Shown: positions 27,261 to 36,757 of the stretch, piece after piece | Numbering within the stretch: the stretch's first letter is position 1 | Layout of the letters: the number at the start of each line of letters is the position of its first letter | Virus record (IMG/VR): IMGVR_UViG_3300037805_000894 | Direction: 5' to 3' (one strand) | Length of the DNA: 64,000 nucleotides | Source: a virus | The notes under the pieces: generated by a model | The model's database searches: none | The model's input: only the letters and a program-made list of their open reading frames with translations | Told to the model about the DNA's origin: nothing | Translations under genes and position numbers: made by a program

Positions 27261-27661
27261 TAGAAAGGTACATCATTCGCTGCCGTAGCCATAGGAGGCT
27301 CGTCGTTGGTCTCTAGCACCAAACTTCCCGCAGCGTGCGTTTCCACATTAGTGTAAGTTTTACCATTATTGGTATTGACTTTTTTCGTTACTTTCAGATC
27401 CAGCTTTTTGCCAATAGCATCATCTGTATCAAAGTCTCCAACGAGGCCGAGCGCATCGCCGAAGATACGGATTTTCCAGCCTGTTTTATCAGTATTCCAG
27501 AACTGGGTTACAGTACCTATTGTAGTACTAAATGTAACTTTAATTTCGTAGATACCTTCTGAGTTCATCTCACCTGTACAGGCTTTGACGCTTGCGGAGA
27601 AATCTCCTTGTGGGTGATTATTACCACCACTATTTTGTAATTCTGAGCTTGGGATTTTCAT
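27260..27661 (-). CDS. Single-stranded DNA-binding protein (DUF669-like OB fold)
   Basis: HPQGDFSASV...IGKKLDLKV...YTNV with an acidic tail ending NDVPF. Lies in the replication cluster. Confidence 0.7.
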   Translation of the reverse strand: MKIPSSELQNSGGNNHPQGDFSASVKACTGEMNSEGIYEIKVTFSTTIGTVTQFWNTDKTGWKIRIFGDALGLVGDFDTDDAIGKKLDLKVTKKVNTNNGKTYTNVETHAAGSLVLETNDEPPMATAANDVPF

Positions 27662-27663
27662 TT

Positions 27664-28428
27664 CTAGTAAGTTTTTTTGATTGATTTTGAGATTAGACGT
27701 TGTACCCCGTCTTTAATTAATCTAAGTGTGCTCTCCCTTGCGGAAAAGGGTACGTTTTTTAATAGATGGTTAATCTTAGTTATAACCGCAGCCTGTATGT
27801 AATGCGGAATGATCGTACTATCAACACCTGTTAAGTTTAGTTTTTCAACACTGCCGCAATGTGGGCAAAAGGTTTCTGCTAGTTTATCAATTCGTTCTAC
27901 ATAGGACCTACCTTCTCTTATGTGCTTAATTTTTCTAGATAGGTCTTCCTTTGTTATACCTGTTGGTTCTCTTGTTTTAATAGCACGTATTATTACTTCT
28001 TTAGGTATGTTGATAGCATCAGAGAAAGTGTCGTAGAAAGTATCTTCTACGCTTGTTCCTACAAATAACCGCTTCCAAATATTTTCAAGGTATTTAACGG
28101 TCTTAGTCATCTCCTTAGCCCCAAAGTTAGACTCATTAACGTAGTCTCTAAAGATACGTTTCACGTCATTAAGGGCTTCTTTTTTACCTCCTATTACCAG
28201 TATCTGTAAATGAGAGTGTCCCATTTTTTTAGCGGCAGATACGATATTACTATCATCCGTAATAACATAATAACTTTCGAATGCATAAGCACGTGGGCTC
28301 AATATCATTTTATTAGTTTTAGCATAGCTAACAAGGGAGGCGATGTTAGGTCCCCTCCCCTTAATGTAGCGCGCTATATCAATGCCTATTTTAAGGCGTT
28401 CTAGTTTAAAGTCTTGATTCATATCCAT
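27664..28428 (-). CDS. Hypothetical protein, possibly a degenerate ParB-like fold with CPHC motif
   Basis: IASLVSY..TNKMILSP...YYVI...VSAAKKMG...LQILVI loosely follows the ParB/Srx pattern, but the GxxR motif is absent. Confidence 0.35.
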   Translation of the reverse strand: MDMNQDFKLERLKIGIDIARYIKGRGPNIASLVSYAKTNKMILSPRAYAFESYYVITDDSNIVSAAKKMGHSHLQILVIGGKKEALNDVKRIFRDYVNESNFGAKEMTKTVKYLENIWKRLFVGTSVEDTFYDTFSDAINIPKEVIIRAIKTREPTGITKEDLSRKIKHIREGRSYVERIDKLAETFCPHCGSVEKLNLTGVDSTIIPHYIQAAVITKINHLLKNVPFSARESTLRLIKDGVQRLISKSIKKTY

Positions 28429-30364
28429 CAGTTAATTCTCGGAATTGCATTGTTTCGGGTTCGAATTCTAAGTAGGCGTCTATGTTACTAGCGCCGCGTC
28501 TGTTTTTCAATATCCTTACTACGAATTCTTTCATTCCTTCTGCAGCGCCTGGACGCCAGCTTCCTAGCACCACATCAGCGGCTTCTTCCGTCTGCCCGGA
28601 ATCCCTACCTGCACTCATATCTACAGCGGCGCTTGCATCCTCAATTGAACGGTTAACCTGATGTAAGTAGAAGATAACTATATCGTGTCTTTTAGCCATA
28701 GATTTTAAACCTTTAGCGAGCTCACTAATATGTTCATAACTAGTAGCCTTGGTTTGTGAGACTCGTCCTAAATAATCGACAAACACAACCTTGATACCAA
28801 AAGCCTCCTTAGCTTTGTAGATGTATTGCTCGATAGAGTCAATAGATGCGCTATCTTCGTCAGCAGTGATCACAGAACTGAAAGCATTACCCATTTTAGA
28901 TATAATGGTGTCTGTCATCTCCTCACGGCTAATACCTTCATTTAGGAATTGCACCATCATGCGTTCTAAGACCGCAGAAGTTGTATTGGAGGCCATTTGA
29001 AAGCCACGTTCAGCTACATCCGCATCGGACATCTCAAGTGACAGGAACAGGGTAGGTATATTTTGTTTACTCATGTTATTCATAACATGCATAGCAAAGG
29101 ATGTTTTACCGCTACCGCTCTTAGCCATATATTGAAGTACATGTCCGCCGTGTAACTTTAAGTTAGCGTCTAAAGTGGGGATACCTAAAGAAATTCCTTT
29201 TCCTTCAAAGAATCTATCTACGTAAGCACGCACAAGATCTTCTCTAGTTTTAAGGTTGCATTCTAAAGCTGATAGCTCTTCTTCGTTTTGGTTTTTGATT
29301 AACTTGCTATACAAGAAACATGTATTGCTGCAATGGGAAGCTAGAATATGATCATGACACCCATAATCCACATCATTCATCCAAGCGCTAGTTACCTTGG
29401 TTTCAATTTCTTGCATAGCCATAGGTGGATCATTTTTCTGGTTCCATGCAAGAAGCGTAGCTGTTGTAAGCTCTTGGGACATACCTTGTTTACGGAAATG
29501 GTCAGCAAGTCTAATAGCAACCTCATCTCGCTGCCCTTGCCCCACTCCATCAAGTAACCGAGCTATACACACCTTACCATTTTTAATTTGGTGGTTACTA
29601 TCTCTTAAAGCTTGCGCTGGAATAATAGCACGTGCTTTTGCTTCAGTTAATTGAGATTTCATGAAGAGATCCCTTAGCCCACTATTAGTGGTGGTTACAG
29701 CAGGTTTATGTAAATACATCCTAGCTTCGGAAGCTTTTTCATATATTTGCTCCATAGATAAAGACTTTAACTCTTGTCCAGTTAGTTGGGTCTTAAAGAA
29801 GTTAGTCTTACTATGTTGTGTATTGGGTAGCCTAAGTAAGCGTGTTTTGTCATAGATTAAATCTATACCTGCTTCTTTCTCAGAGGCGAGCCCAACTCCG
29901 CTATCTTTGGCCATTATTTGCGCTATCTGCTTAAACATAACGTTAAGCTTAGTTGAAGGCGTATAACCGAAAAGAGCATGGGGTATTAAGATATGAAATC
30001 CTTTAGCGCCTGAAAAGTAGATGTATACATCTTCATTCTTTACGTTTTTAGATTCTAGATAGTGCAAGAATTGAATCGTCTTAGTTCTGGCTTCATCAAC
30101 ATCACCGTGCGATGCATCTATATCAAGAGGAAAGAAATATGAAAAGTGCTCTCCCTTAAAACCTGAAACAGATCCGCGTTCCTCTACATGCGTTTTGAAG
30201 GTAATATCAAATTGAAATAGCCCACAATATACATCTTTACCTAACGAACTGGTTAAAGCTTGCTTATAAATATCCATATAATCGACGACGTTATTGCGAT
30301 AGACAACGCTACCACTAGCGAAGTCTGTGTATCTAAAAGTTTCAGCTAGTTCTTTGCTATTCAT
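28406..30364 (-). CDS. Primase-helicase: AEP primase + PriCT-like domain + DnaB-like SF4 helicase
   Basis: LDID, FSGAKGFH and RLLRLP (AEP); GQRDE...WN (PriCT); AKSGSGKT, SLEM, FVDYL, QVNR, RDSGQTEEAAD, KNRRG (SF4). Confidence 0.92.
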   Translation of the reverse strand: MNSKELAETFRYTDFASGSVVYRNNVVDYMDIYKQALTSSLGKDVYCGLFQFDITFKTHVEERGSVSGFKGEHFSYFFPLDIDASHGDVDEARTKTIQFLHYLESKNVKNEDVYIYFSGAKGFHILIPHALFGYTPSTKLNVMFKQIAQIMAKDSGVGLASEKEAGIDLIYDKTRLLRLPNTQHSKTNFFKTQLTGQELKSLSMEQIYEKASEARMYLHKPAVTTTNSGLRDLFMKSQLTEAKARAIIPAQALRDSNHQIKNGKVCIARLLDGVGQGQRDEVAIRLADHFRKQGMSQELTTATLLAWNQKNDPPMAMQEIETKVTSAWMNDVDYGCHDHILASHCSNTCFLYSKLIKNQNEEELSALECNLKTREDLVRAYVDRFFEGKGISLGIPTLDANLKLHGGHVLQYMAKSGSGKTSFAMHVMNNMSKQNIPTLFLSLEMSDADVAERGFQMASNTTSAVLERMMVQFLNEGISREEMTDTIISKMGNAFSSVITADEDSASIDSIEQYIYKAKEAFGIKVVFVDYLGRVSQTKATSYEHISELAKGLKSMAKRHDIVIFYLHQVNRSIEDASAAVDMSAGRDSGQTEEAADVVLGSWRPGAAEGMKEFVVRILKNRRGASNIDAYLEFEPETMQFRELTDGYESRL

Positions 30365-30926
30365 TTTCTTTGTATTCGGCTATGCGCATCTCGTGTTGAG
30401 ATTGTAGCAGAAGTAAAGGTACATTTTTGATAGATTTTTTATAACCATACCAAATCTGTCTCTTTTTATTTTCATACTTTGCTTTTTTAATTTTCTTTAA
30501 AGCATCCCATTCTAAACGAATCACTCTCAAGAAAGTGATTTCCTGCTTGACTTCTTTGTCCGTCCAAGTCTTAGTTATTTTAGCGGCTGGTCCATTTCTA
30601 GAAGAAAAAGCAGCTATGGCTTTATCTAAGCCAGTAATATCTAGATCATTAGCCCACGTAACGCTAGTTACTGCATGTTCGCTAGAGCCTATTGCTGTAT
30701 ATTTAGATGCATTGCTACAGAACTTAACTATAGATGGCACTAATAAACCTTGTAGTTTATCTTGTATTAATATCTCTGTAAAAAAGTTAAGTGAATCTAG
30801 TACAATCTCAACTCCATATTGTTTTTGTAGTCTTCTAACTATCCCATATAGATTTACGTCTTTTTCAATAGCATTACATTCAATTGCAAGTTCTATGAAC
30901 TTTTTTACGTCATCCGTATCTATCAT
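30357..30926 (-). CDS. Hypothetical protein
   Basis: 189-aa ORF overlapping both neighbours in the operon; no motif recognised. Confidence 0.55.
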   Translation of the reverse strand: MIDTDDVKKFIELAIECNAIEKDVNLYGIVRRLQKQYGVEIVLDSLNFFTEILIQDKLQGLLVPSIVKFCSNASKYTAIGSSEHAVTSVTWANDLDITGLDKAIAAFSSRNGPAAKITKTWTDKEVKQEITFLRVIRLEWDALKKIKKAKYENKKRQIWYGYKKSIKNVPLLLLQSQHEMRIAEYKENE

Positions 30927-32596
30927 TTTTGTTTAGCTTCAAACAAGGAGTTAATTAAGTGCGCTGCCTTACCTTTACTATCTATTGCTACAGAGGGTGG
31001 TTTGCCCGTTAGTCTTTTAATTAAGTCTAATTGTTTCTTAGTAGCAGGCGCGCGTTTCCATGGGGCAGACCTTAAGTAGAGTTTAGTTTTATCATAATCA
31101 GCGATAATTTTATCGCCTCTTTTAAAACACTCCACTGGGTCTCCTGTATAAGGTTTATTCCATGGCTTTCTAGGTTCTTTCCTCCATAACTCCCAAGAAC
31201 CCATTGCATTAACTCTAATAGCTATTTTGCCTATACCAGCGGATTGAATTTGATACGAACCATCTGCTAATTTAGACCAGCTTAATTTTGTTTTCGAGGA
31301 TATAAATGAATCTATTCCTTGTTCATATATCTTCACCAAAACCTCCAGAATATCCATCCCTTGAAGCTTAGCGATAATATCATTAGCATCTATTGCATTA
31401 ACTGCGCGGGCTATATCATCTGGCGGAGCATAAGGATATTCTTCTTCGATCACCTCCTTAACAGCTTTCCATTCACCATATGTACATTGGCTCATAGGGA
31501 CATTAAGCACCCTATCCATGTGTACAGGAGGGTTTTTAGTTCTATCATATAGATCTAATAGAAGCATGTGGTCTTTTCCTTCTGCTAAACGCATACCTCT
31601 TCCTAGCATCTGCGTATAAAGAACAGGGGAACGTGTTGGACGCGCTATAATAATTACTTCTGTATCAGGTGCATCGAAACCTTCCGTTAAGACAGCGCAA
31701 TTAGTGATTACTCTAAGATGGCCCTTCTTAAACCTCTTAATAATATCCCTGCGTTCCTTCTTTGGGGTTGCTCCGGTTACAACTGCGGAAATGATTCCTG
31801 CATTATTAAATTCGTCGTTTAGGCTTATAGCATGTGCTACATCCACACAGAAAGCGACTGCTTTCTTGCCCTCCGCTAGATGCATATAGGTATTAACGAT
31901 CAATTGATTTCTTTCTGGTGTATTAACCGCCGCCGCTAGCTGTTTAACTGCATAATCACCAGCATGTGTTCTTACTTGGCTTAAATCAGTCTGTGTATGT
32001 ATATGATGCGACTTAACATCTACCAACCAGCCTTCTAGAATCATATCACCTAATTTTTTCATGTAGGTAATATCGTCAAAAATATCAGTCAGATTAGCAT
32101 TATCCCCTCTAAAAGGCGTAGCTGTTATACCTATATGAGTATTGGTTGTATCGGTCTGTCCTATTAGATTAAAAAACTTATATATATTTCTATATGAATT
32201 AGCCGTTGCGTGGTGAGCTTCATCTGTAATTAATAGAATATTTTCAGGGTTATCTCCAAAAAGTTTTCTTAATCGTAAGTGATTCTTTTTACCTAGAGTA
32301 GGTACAGAACCTACTACTATGTGATCTTCTAACGTACCCTTACTCTCTCCTATCTCTTTACCTATACTAAGTTTAGGAAAAACTTTTTTAAATGTTTCAG
32401 CCGCTTGATCAAGTAATTCTTCTCTGTGCGCTAAGAATAAAACACGGCGTGGTTTAAGGAACTTAGGTAAATGACTAGCTACTACAGTTTTACCAGCTCC
32501 TGTTGGGAGGACGCATAGTTGCTTATTCATGCCCAATTCAAGGGCATCTACGACTGCTTTAATACAGTCTCCTTGGTATTTTCTTAAACGAAACAC
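30923..32596 (-). CDS. Superfamily 2 DEAH helicase (Irc3/UvsW/Res-III-like)
   Basis: LPTGAGKT, LAHREEL, ITDEAHH, GITATPFRGD, LTEGFDAP, QMLGRGMR. Start placed at the GTG sharing a base with the upstream TAG (TAGTG). Confidence 0.9.
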   Translation of the reverse strand: MFRLRKYQGDCIKAVVDALELGMNKQLCVLPTGAGKTVVASHLPKFLKPRRVLFLAHREELLDQAAETFKKVFPKLSIGKEIGESKGTLEDHIVVGSVPTLGKKNHLRLRKLFGDNPENILLITDEAHHATANSYRNIYKFFNLIGQTDTTNTHIGITATPFRGDNANLTDIFDDITYMKKLGDMILEGWLVDVKSHHIHTQTDLSQVRTHAGDYAVKQLAAAVNTPERNQLIVNTYMHLAEGKKAVAFCVDVAHAISLNDEFNNAGIISAVVTGATPKKERRDIIKRFKKGHLRVITNCAVLTEGFDAPDTEVIIIARPTRSPVLYTQMLGRGMRLAEGKDHMLLLDLYDRTKNPPVHMDRVLNVPMSQCTYGEWKAVKEVIEEEYPYAPPDDIARAVNAIDANDIIAKLQGMDILEVLVKIYEQGIDSFISSKTKLSWSKLADGSYQIQSAGIGKIAIRVNAMGSWELWRKEPRKPWNKPYTGDPVECFKRGDKIIADYDKTKLYLRSAPWKRAPATKKQLDLIKRLTGKPPSVAIDSKGKAAHLINSLFEAKQK

Positions 32597-33780
32597 TAGT
32601 GTTTTTCCATAATGAGTAAATCCATACACTCATTAGCAAAGCGTCCCTTTTCTGTAGGACGATGTGCTGTTGTTGGAAAAGTCACATGTAAACGGCTAAC
32701 TAGTTCGAACCGATTAAATTTTTCTGACATAAGAGTGAAGGTAAGGTCTTCGCTAGGTATGTCAACGAAGCCAGGTTGCCTTAATAGTATAGCAAACTTT
32801 CCCCCATTCTTCAAAGACATAAAAGCATTCCTAGCAACGAGTTCCATCGATTCCATGAACTCCTCAAGATCTTGTTTACTTATGTCGTAATTATCTTCAT
32901 TATCTGAATCCTCCCACTTGCCATTGCCCCACATAAAGCGGGGTACATCTGCAAAAACAAGGTCAGCCTTCTCCTCTAGTACTTTAGTGACCTGCCATGG
33001 CGCTAAACTATTTGCCGTGAAATATCTTTCACCGTGCCGCTGCGCCACTGCATCTACATGGTGAATATCCCATGCATAATATTCTCTACCCATATAATGA
33101 GCGACATCTGCTTCAGTGCCGCCCCCTACAAAAGGAAATAAGCAGAGGTCTCCAACTTCCGTATAGTGGTGAAGGATGTTATAGACAATTTGACCAGGAA
33201 TGCGACCAGGATATATCATACCGAATTTAGCTTCTGGTATACGTGCGCTCCATAAGTTTGTGCGGAAGATAGGATCTAACTCTTCTTCGCCTGAAAGTAC
33301 TCTAATTTCTCTACGAACTTGACTACCTGTTAACGCTTTTTTGATAGCTTTTTTAAGTAAGGTCGCTTTTTCCTCATTAGAGATCTTAGTAGATTCTGTA
33401 ATAATACCAGCTACAGATGGAGGTAGTTCTAATAATAAAACTTTATCTTCATCGCCCATGATTTCTTTTGTGTGTTTAAACCAAATATGGGCATTCTTGA
33501 TAGACGCAGGGCTTTTACGCGCTTTGAGCGCAAGATCCTTGTACGTCTGGTGCATAGAGTTCAGCCCCATTTCTTTTTGTCTTCTCCATTGACCTGGCCC
33601 AGACACACCGAAACGGTTAAGTATCACAAAAGCTTTCTCGCATGTATCGTGGATCACCTTCATAACTCCCCAAGCTGCGAAATTAAGCTGTGCTTCACCA
33701 GCAACGAGCGCCTTGGCCCCTTCGTCTAGTATGTTATTGTAACGATCGTTTATCGTAATTATTTCTGGTTTGTTATTCAT
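32596..33780 (-). CDS. Amino-DNA methyltransferase-like protein with atypical catalytic motif
   Basis: YPGRIPGQI, FPFVGGGT (motif I), AWDI, DLVFADVPRF (motif IV, normally DPPY), LKNGGKFAIL, with an N-terminal helical region. Confidence 0.7.
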   Translation of the reverse strand: MNNKPEIITINDRYNNILDEGAKALVAGEAQLNFAAWGVMKVIHDTCEKAFVILNRFGVSGPGQWRRQKEMGLNSMHQTYKDLALKARKSPASIKNAHIWFKHTKEIMGDEDKVLLLELPPSVAGIITESTKISNEEKATLLKKAIKKALTGSQVRREIRVLSGEEELDPIFRTNLWSARIPEAKFGMIYPGRIPGQIVYNILHHYTEVGDLCLFPFVGGGTEADVAHYMGREYYAWDIHHVDAVAQRHGERYFTANSLAPWQVTKVLEEKADLVFADVPRFMWGNGKWEDSDNEDNYDISKQDLEEFMESMELVARNAFMSLKNGGKFAILLRQPGFVDIPSEDLTFTLMSEKFNRFELVSRLHVTFPTTAHRPTEKGRFANECMDLLIMEKH

Positions 33781-33833
33781 GGGTACTGTTTTAGCTTAAT
33801 TAAGTCAAATTAAAAAAGAAACCTTTTTTCTTC

Positions 33834-33861
33834 TAGACATGACAGGAAAGGAGTTTACAAT
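33834..33861 (+). promoter_or_regulatory. Sigma70-type promoter of the RNR gene
   Basis: TAGACA-16 nt-TACAAT in the divergent intergenic region. Confidence 0.5.
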
Positions 33862-33927
33862 AATCAACCACATTTGTGGTGAAAAAAAGCGTAAAAACTT
33901 ACAAAACAACAGAGAAATCACATTAAA

Positions 33928-35832
33928 ATGGCGTTTGAATTACAAGAAGGGTCTTTAGGACATACAATCTTTATGGATAAATATGCATATCCAGGAGAAA
34001 CAAGCTGGAGAGAATGCGCTAAGCGAGTAGCTCGCACGGCAGCCGATCCAGAGTTCCCAGAAGATAGGGAAAAAATACAGCAAAAATTCTACGAAACTAT
34101 AAACGCAGGTGACTTTTGTCCTGGAGGTAGGATTCTTTTTGGATCGGGACGTAGTAACCAGAATTTACTAAACTGTTACGTACTCGATCCAGAAGACTCG
34201 GTGGAGAGTATAGGTAAAACAGTTTCAGACATGTATAAGATATCCTGTGGAGGAGGTGGCATAGGCTTCAACTTCTCTAAGATTCGCCCTAAAGGGGATG
34301 ATATCCAGAACATACGTAACTCTGCTCCTGGCTCTATTTCAGTAATGCGCATGATTAATGAGATAGGTAACCATGTTAGAGCTGGAAAGAATAGACGTAC
34401 GGCCTTAATGTCTATTCTTAATGTACACCACCCAGATTTCTTGGAGTTTTTGCATGTTAAGCTCGACCGTGATGAACTGAATAATTTTAATATCTCAGTA
34501 GGTATCACCAATCGATTTATTGAAGCCGTTGAAAAAGATGAGGAATGGTATTTTACTTTTGGTGGTAGGCAGAATAAGTATTTTATGTATGAAATTCAGC
34601 GCCAGTCGGAGGGAGGTAACGATACCATAGAAATCGTTGCTAAGAACGAAGAAGACGCAATTGGAAGAGCCAGCACTCACCACCTTAAGCATTTTGGAGA
34701 TACCTTTGAAGGCGTAACAAAAAAAGAGATAATGGCTAGAGAACTTTGGCAGCGTATCGTGGATAACGCTGTTGAATCCGGGGAGCCCGGGATCTTTAAT
34801 ATTGATTTCGCCAATGAGTACACTAATGTTTCTTATTTTGAGTACATGCCTTCCACTAACCCATGTGGGGAGGAAGTTCTGCCTGCTTACGGAAACTGCT
34901 GTCTCGGTCACGTTAACTTAGCTAATATGGTAATGGAAGATGGAAAAGTAGATTGGGGGCGCTTAAAACGCACCATTAAAGTAGGTGTACGTTTTCTAGA
35001 TAATGTACTCACGGCGAATCACTTCCCTATTCCAGAGTGTAGCGAAGCTGGAAGCAGGTCGCGCAGAATAGGTTTAGGTGTTACAGGATTACATTACTTC
35101 TTAATTAAAACCGGTTATAAATATGGCTCAGAAGAATGTCTAGAAGAAGTAGCTAGGTTATTTGATACGATTAGAAATGAAGCCTATAAAGCCTCGATGC
35201 GCCTTGCGAAAGAGCGAGGCAGTTTTCCAGAATACGAATGGACAAAATTAAAAAATGAAAAGTTTTTCAAGACACTTCCTTCCCATATACGTTCAGACAT
35301 TAAAAAGAATGGGCTACGCAATGCTGTCCTTCTTACTGTTGCACCTACTGGTACAATAAGTATGGTGCTCGGCGTTTCAACAGGTTTAGAGCCTATCTTT
35401 GCTCCTGTTTACAAAAGACGGTGGCGTACAGGAAGCGAGAATGTTTGGAATGAGACAATTGTGCTCGATCCTTTATTCGATGATCTATTAAGTAAGAATA
35501 AGTCCGTAGAGCATATCGTAGGCGCTTATGATGTATCCCCAGAAGAGCATATTAAAATGCAAGCTACTGTGCAGAAATATATTGACTCTGCTGTATCTAA
35601 AACGTGTAACTTACCCGCTGATTTTACTCCAGATACTCTTTATAACGAGTTATTAACTTTTGCTTCTGACATTAAAGGTTTTACCTTCTATAAAGCAGGC
35701 TCAAGGGGCAATGAACCCCTGGAAGCCTTGAGTTTAAAAGATATCAATTTAGACAAGTTAAGGAAGGACGGTAAAATAGAAGCGCAGGTTGAATTTGTGG
35801 ACTCCTGCAAAAATGGAATATGTGAATTATAG
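33928..35832 (+). CDS. nrdJ: Ribonucleotide reductase, most likely class II (B12-dependent)
   Basis: PGGRIL, NCYV, GGGIG, TNPCGEEVL..YGNCCLGHVNL, RRIGLG, APTGTIS, and C-terminal CKNGIC redox pair. No beta subunit adjacent and no YY pair seen. Confidence 0.85.
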   Translation: MAFELQEGSLGHTIFMDKYAYPGETSWRECAKRVARTAADPEFPEDREKIQQKFYETINAGDFCPGGRILFGSGRSNQNLLNCYVLDPEDSVESIGKTVSDMYKISCGGGGIGFNFSKIRPKGDDIQNIRNSAPGSISVMRMINEIGNHVRAGKNRRTALMSILNVHHPDFLEFLHVKLDRDELNNFNISVGITNRFIEAVEKDEEWYFTFGGRQNKYFMYEIQRQSEGGNDTIEIVAKNEEDAIGRASTHHLKHFGDTFEGVTKKEIMARELWQRIVDNAVESGEPGIFNIDFANEYTNVSYFEYMPSTNPCGEEVLPAYGNCCLGHVNLANMVMEDGKVDWGRLKRTIKVGVRFLDNVLTANHFPIPECSEAGSRSRRIGLGVTGLHYFLIKTGYKYGSEECLEEVARLFDTIRNEAYKASMRLAKERGSFPEYEWTKLKNEKFFKTLPSHIRSDIKKNGLRNAVLLTVAPTGTISMVLGVSTGLEPIFAPVYKRRWRTGSENVWNETIVLDPLFDDLLSKNKSVEHIVGAYDVSPEEHIKMQATVQKYIDSAVSKTCNLPADFTPDTLYNELLTFASDIKGFTFYKAGSRGNEPLEALSLKDINLDKLRKDGKIEAQVEFVDSCKNGICEL

Positions 35833-35851
35833 TCATGTATGTTTTGGGTTT

Positions 35852-35884
35852 AGAGGGATTAAGTTATCTTAATCCCTCTTTTTT
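35852..35884 (+). terminator. Rho-independent terminator after RNR
   Basis: AGAGGGATTAAG-ttat-CTTAATCCCTCT followed by a T run. Confidence 0.85.
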
Positions 35885-35885
35885 A

Positions 35886-35914
35886 TTGCTTTTACGTTTA
35901 TCTTTCTGTATACT
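35886..35914 (+). promoter_or_regulatory. Sigma70-type promoter, likely giving a leaderless mRNA
   Basis: TTGCTT-17 nt-TATACT, then 6 nt to the ATG at 35921; no SD sequence. Confidence 0.6.
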
Positions 35915-35920
35915 TACGTC

Positions 35921-36376
35921 ATGGCCGCTATCCCAGGAATTAATTCAAACCCCACTGAGCCTCAGCAGGTACAGGAAGAAGATACTACAATGAACATCTC
36001 ACATCTCCTTATAAAAGGTTATGTGGAAGATGTAATAAAAGAAGCACGCTTTGAAGTTAAGTTTAGATCACTCACTACGGAAGAAGTGCAGAAAGTAGAT
36101 ACACTTGTTGTAGCTATGAATGGTACAGAAGATCATAGAGCAGCTAGGAATGCTCGTTATTTAAAATATCTTGCTATAAGTGTACAGTATGTTTTTATTA
36201 AAGAAGGCGCTGATAAAACGACCCAATGGGATTTTTCAGAGTTAGATTCGGCAGGGAAAGAAGAAGCTTTAAAAAGAACAAGTACTTTTATTTTCAATAA
36301 GTTATTTGCTCTTTATATACAGTTCGAAGATAAAGTAGGTTTGTTAATCAAAGAAACAGACCCAAAAAACTCCTAA
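35921..36376 (+). CDS. Tail assembly chaperone (gpG-like)
   Basis: VKFRSLT motif, located before the tape measure gene, ends in slippery A AAA AAC. Confidence 0.75.
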   Translation: MAAIPGINSNPTEPQQVQEEDTTMNISHLLIKGYVEDVIKEARFEVKFRSLTTEEVQKVDTLVVAMNGTEDHRAARNARYLKYLAISVQYVFIKEGADKTTQWDFSELDSAGKEEALKRTSTFIFNKLFALYIQFEDKVGLLIKETDPKNS

Positions 36377-36729
36377 AGGTTCCTCGACTATATGCCAGAG
36401 GGGCCTTAAAATTAAAAGGCATCGATACTAAATTTGGATCACTAGAAGAATCTTTTCTTTTAAATATATATAATTTAGAACGCGAAGCAAAGCTTTATGA
36501 GCTTATGCTTTTGGCTTTATCCGCATTAGGGGCCGATGCGAAGAAGATAAAAGATCTTTTAGATGAATACATTCAAGTTCTTTACCCAGAACAGGATACA
36601 GCGCAGTCTTCATTTGTCGAGCGGGCCCATAATAGACTAGATAAGCATATTGGAAAACCTTTTATTGTAGATGAAACATCTAAAGGTAATTACTCAATGA
36701 GGACTGATTTTGAAGCTGAAAAAGAATGA
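36364..36729 (+). CDS. -1 frameshift extension of the tail chaperone (gpGT-like)
   Basis: The -1 frame is open from 36334 to 36729 with no ATG until 36505. Heptamer A AAA AAC at 36364-36370. Confidence 0.75.
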   Translation, partial: KKLLKVPRLYARGALKLKGIDTKFGSLEESFLLNIYNLEREAKLYELMLLALSALGADAKKIKDLLDEYIQVLYPEQDTAQSSFVERAHNRLDKHIGKPFIVDETSKGNYSMRTDFEAEKE

Positions 36730-36757
36730 TTGCAAAAAACATGTATAATCATATATA

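Noticed and set aside
34560-34730. Intein or intron in the RNR (extra segment YEIQRQSEGG...FEGVTKK)
   Set aside because: The segment is only ~45 aa, has no C/S...HN-C/S/T splice motifs and does not break the frame. It is more likely a small inserted domain.
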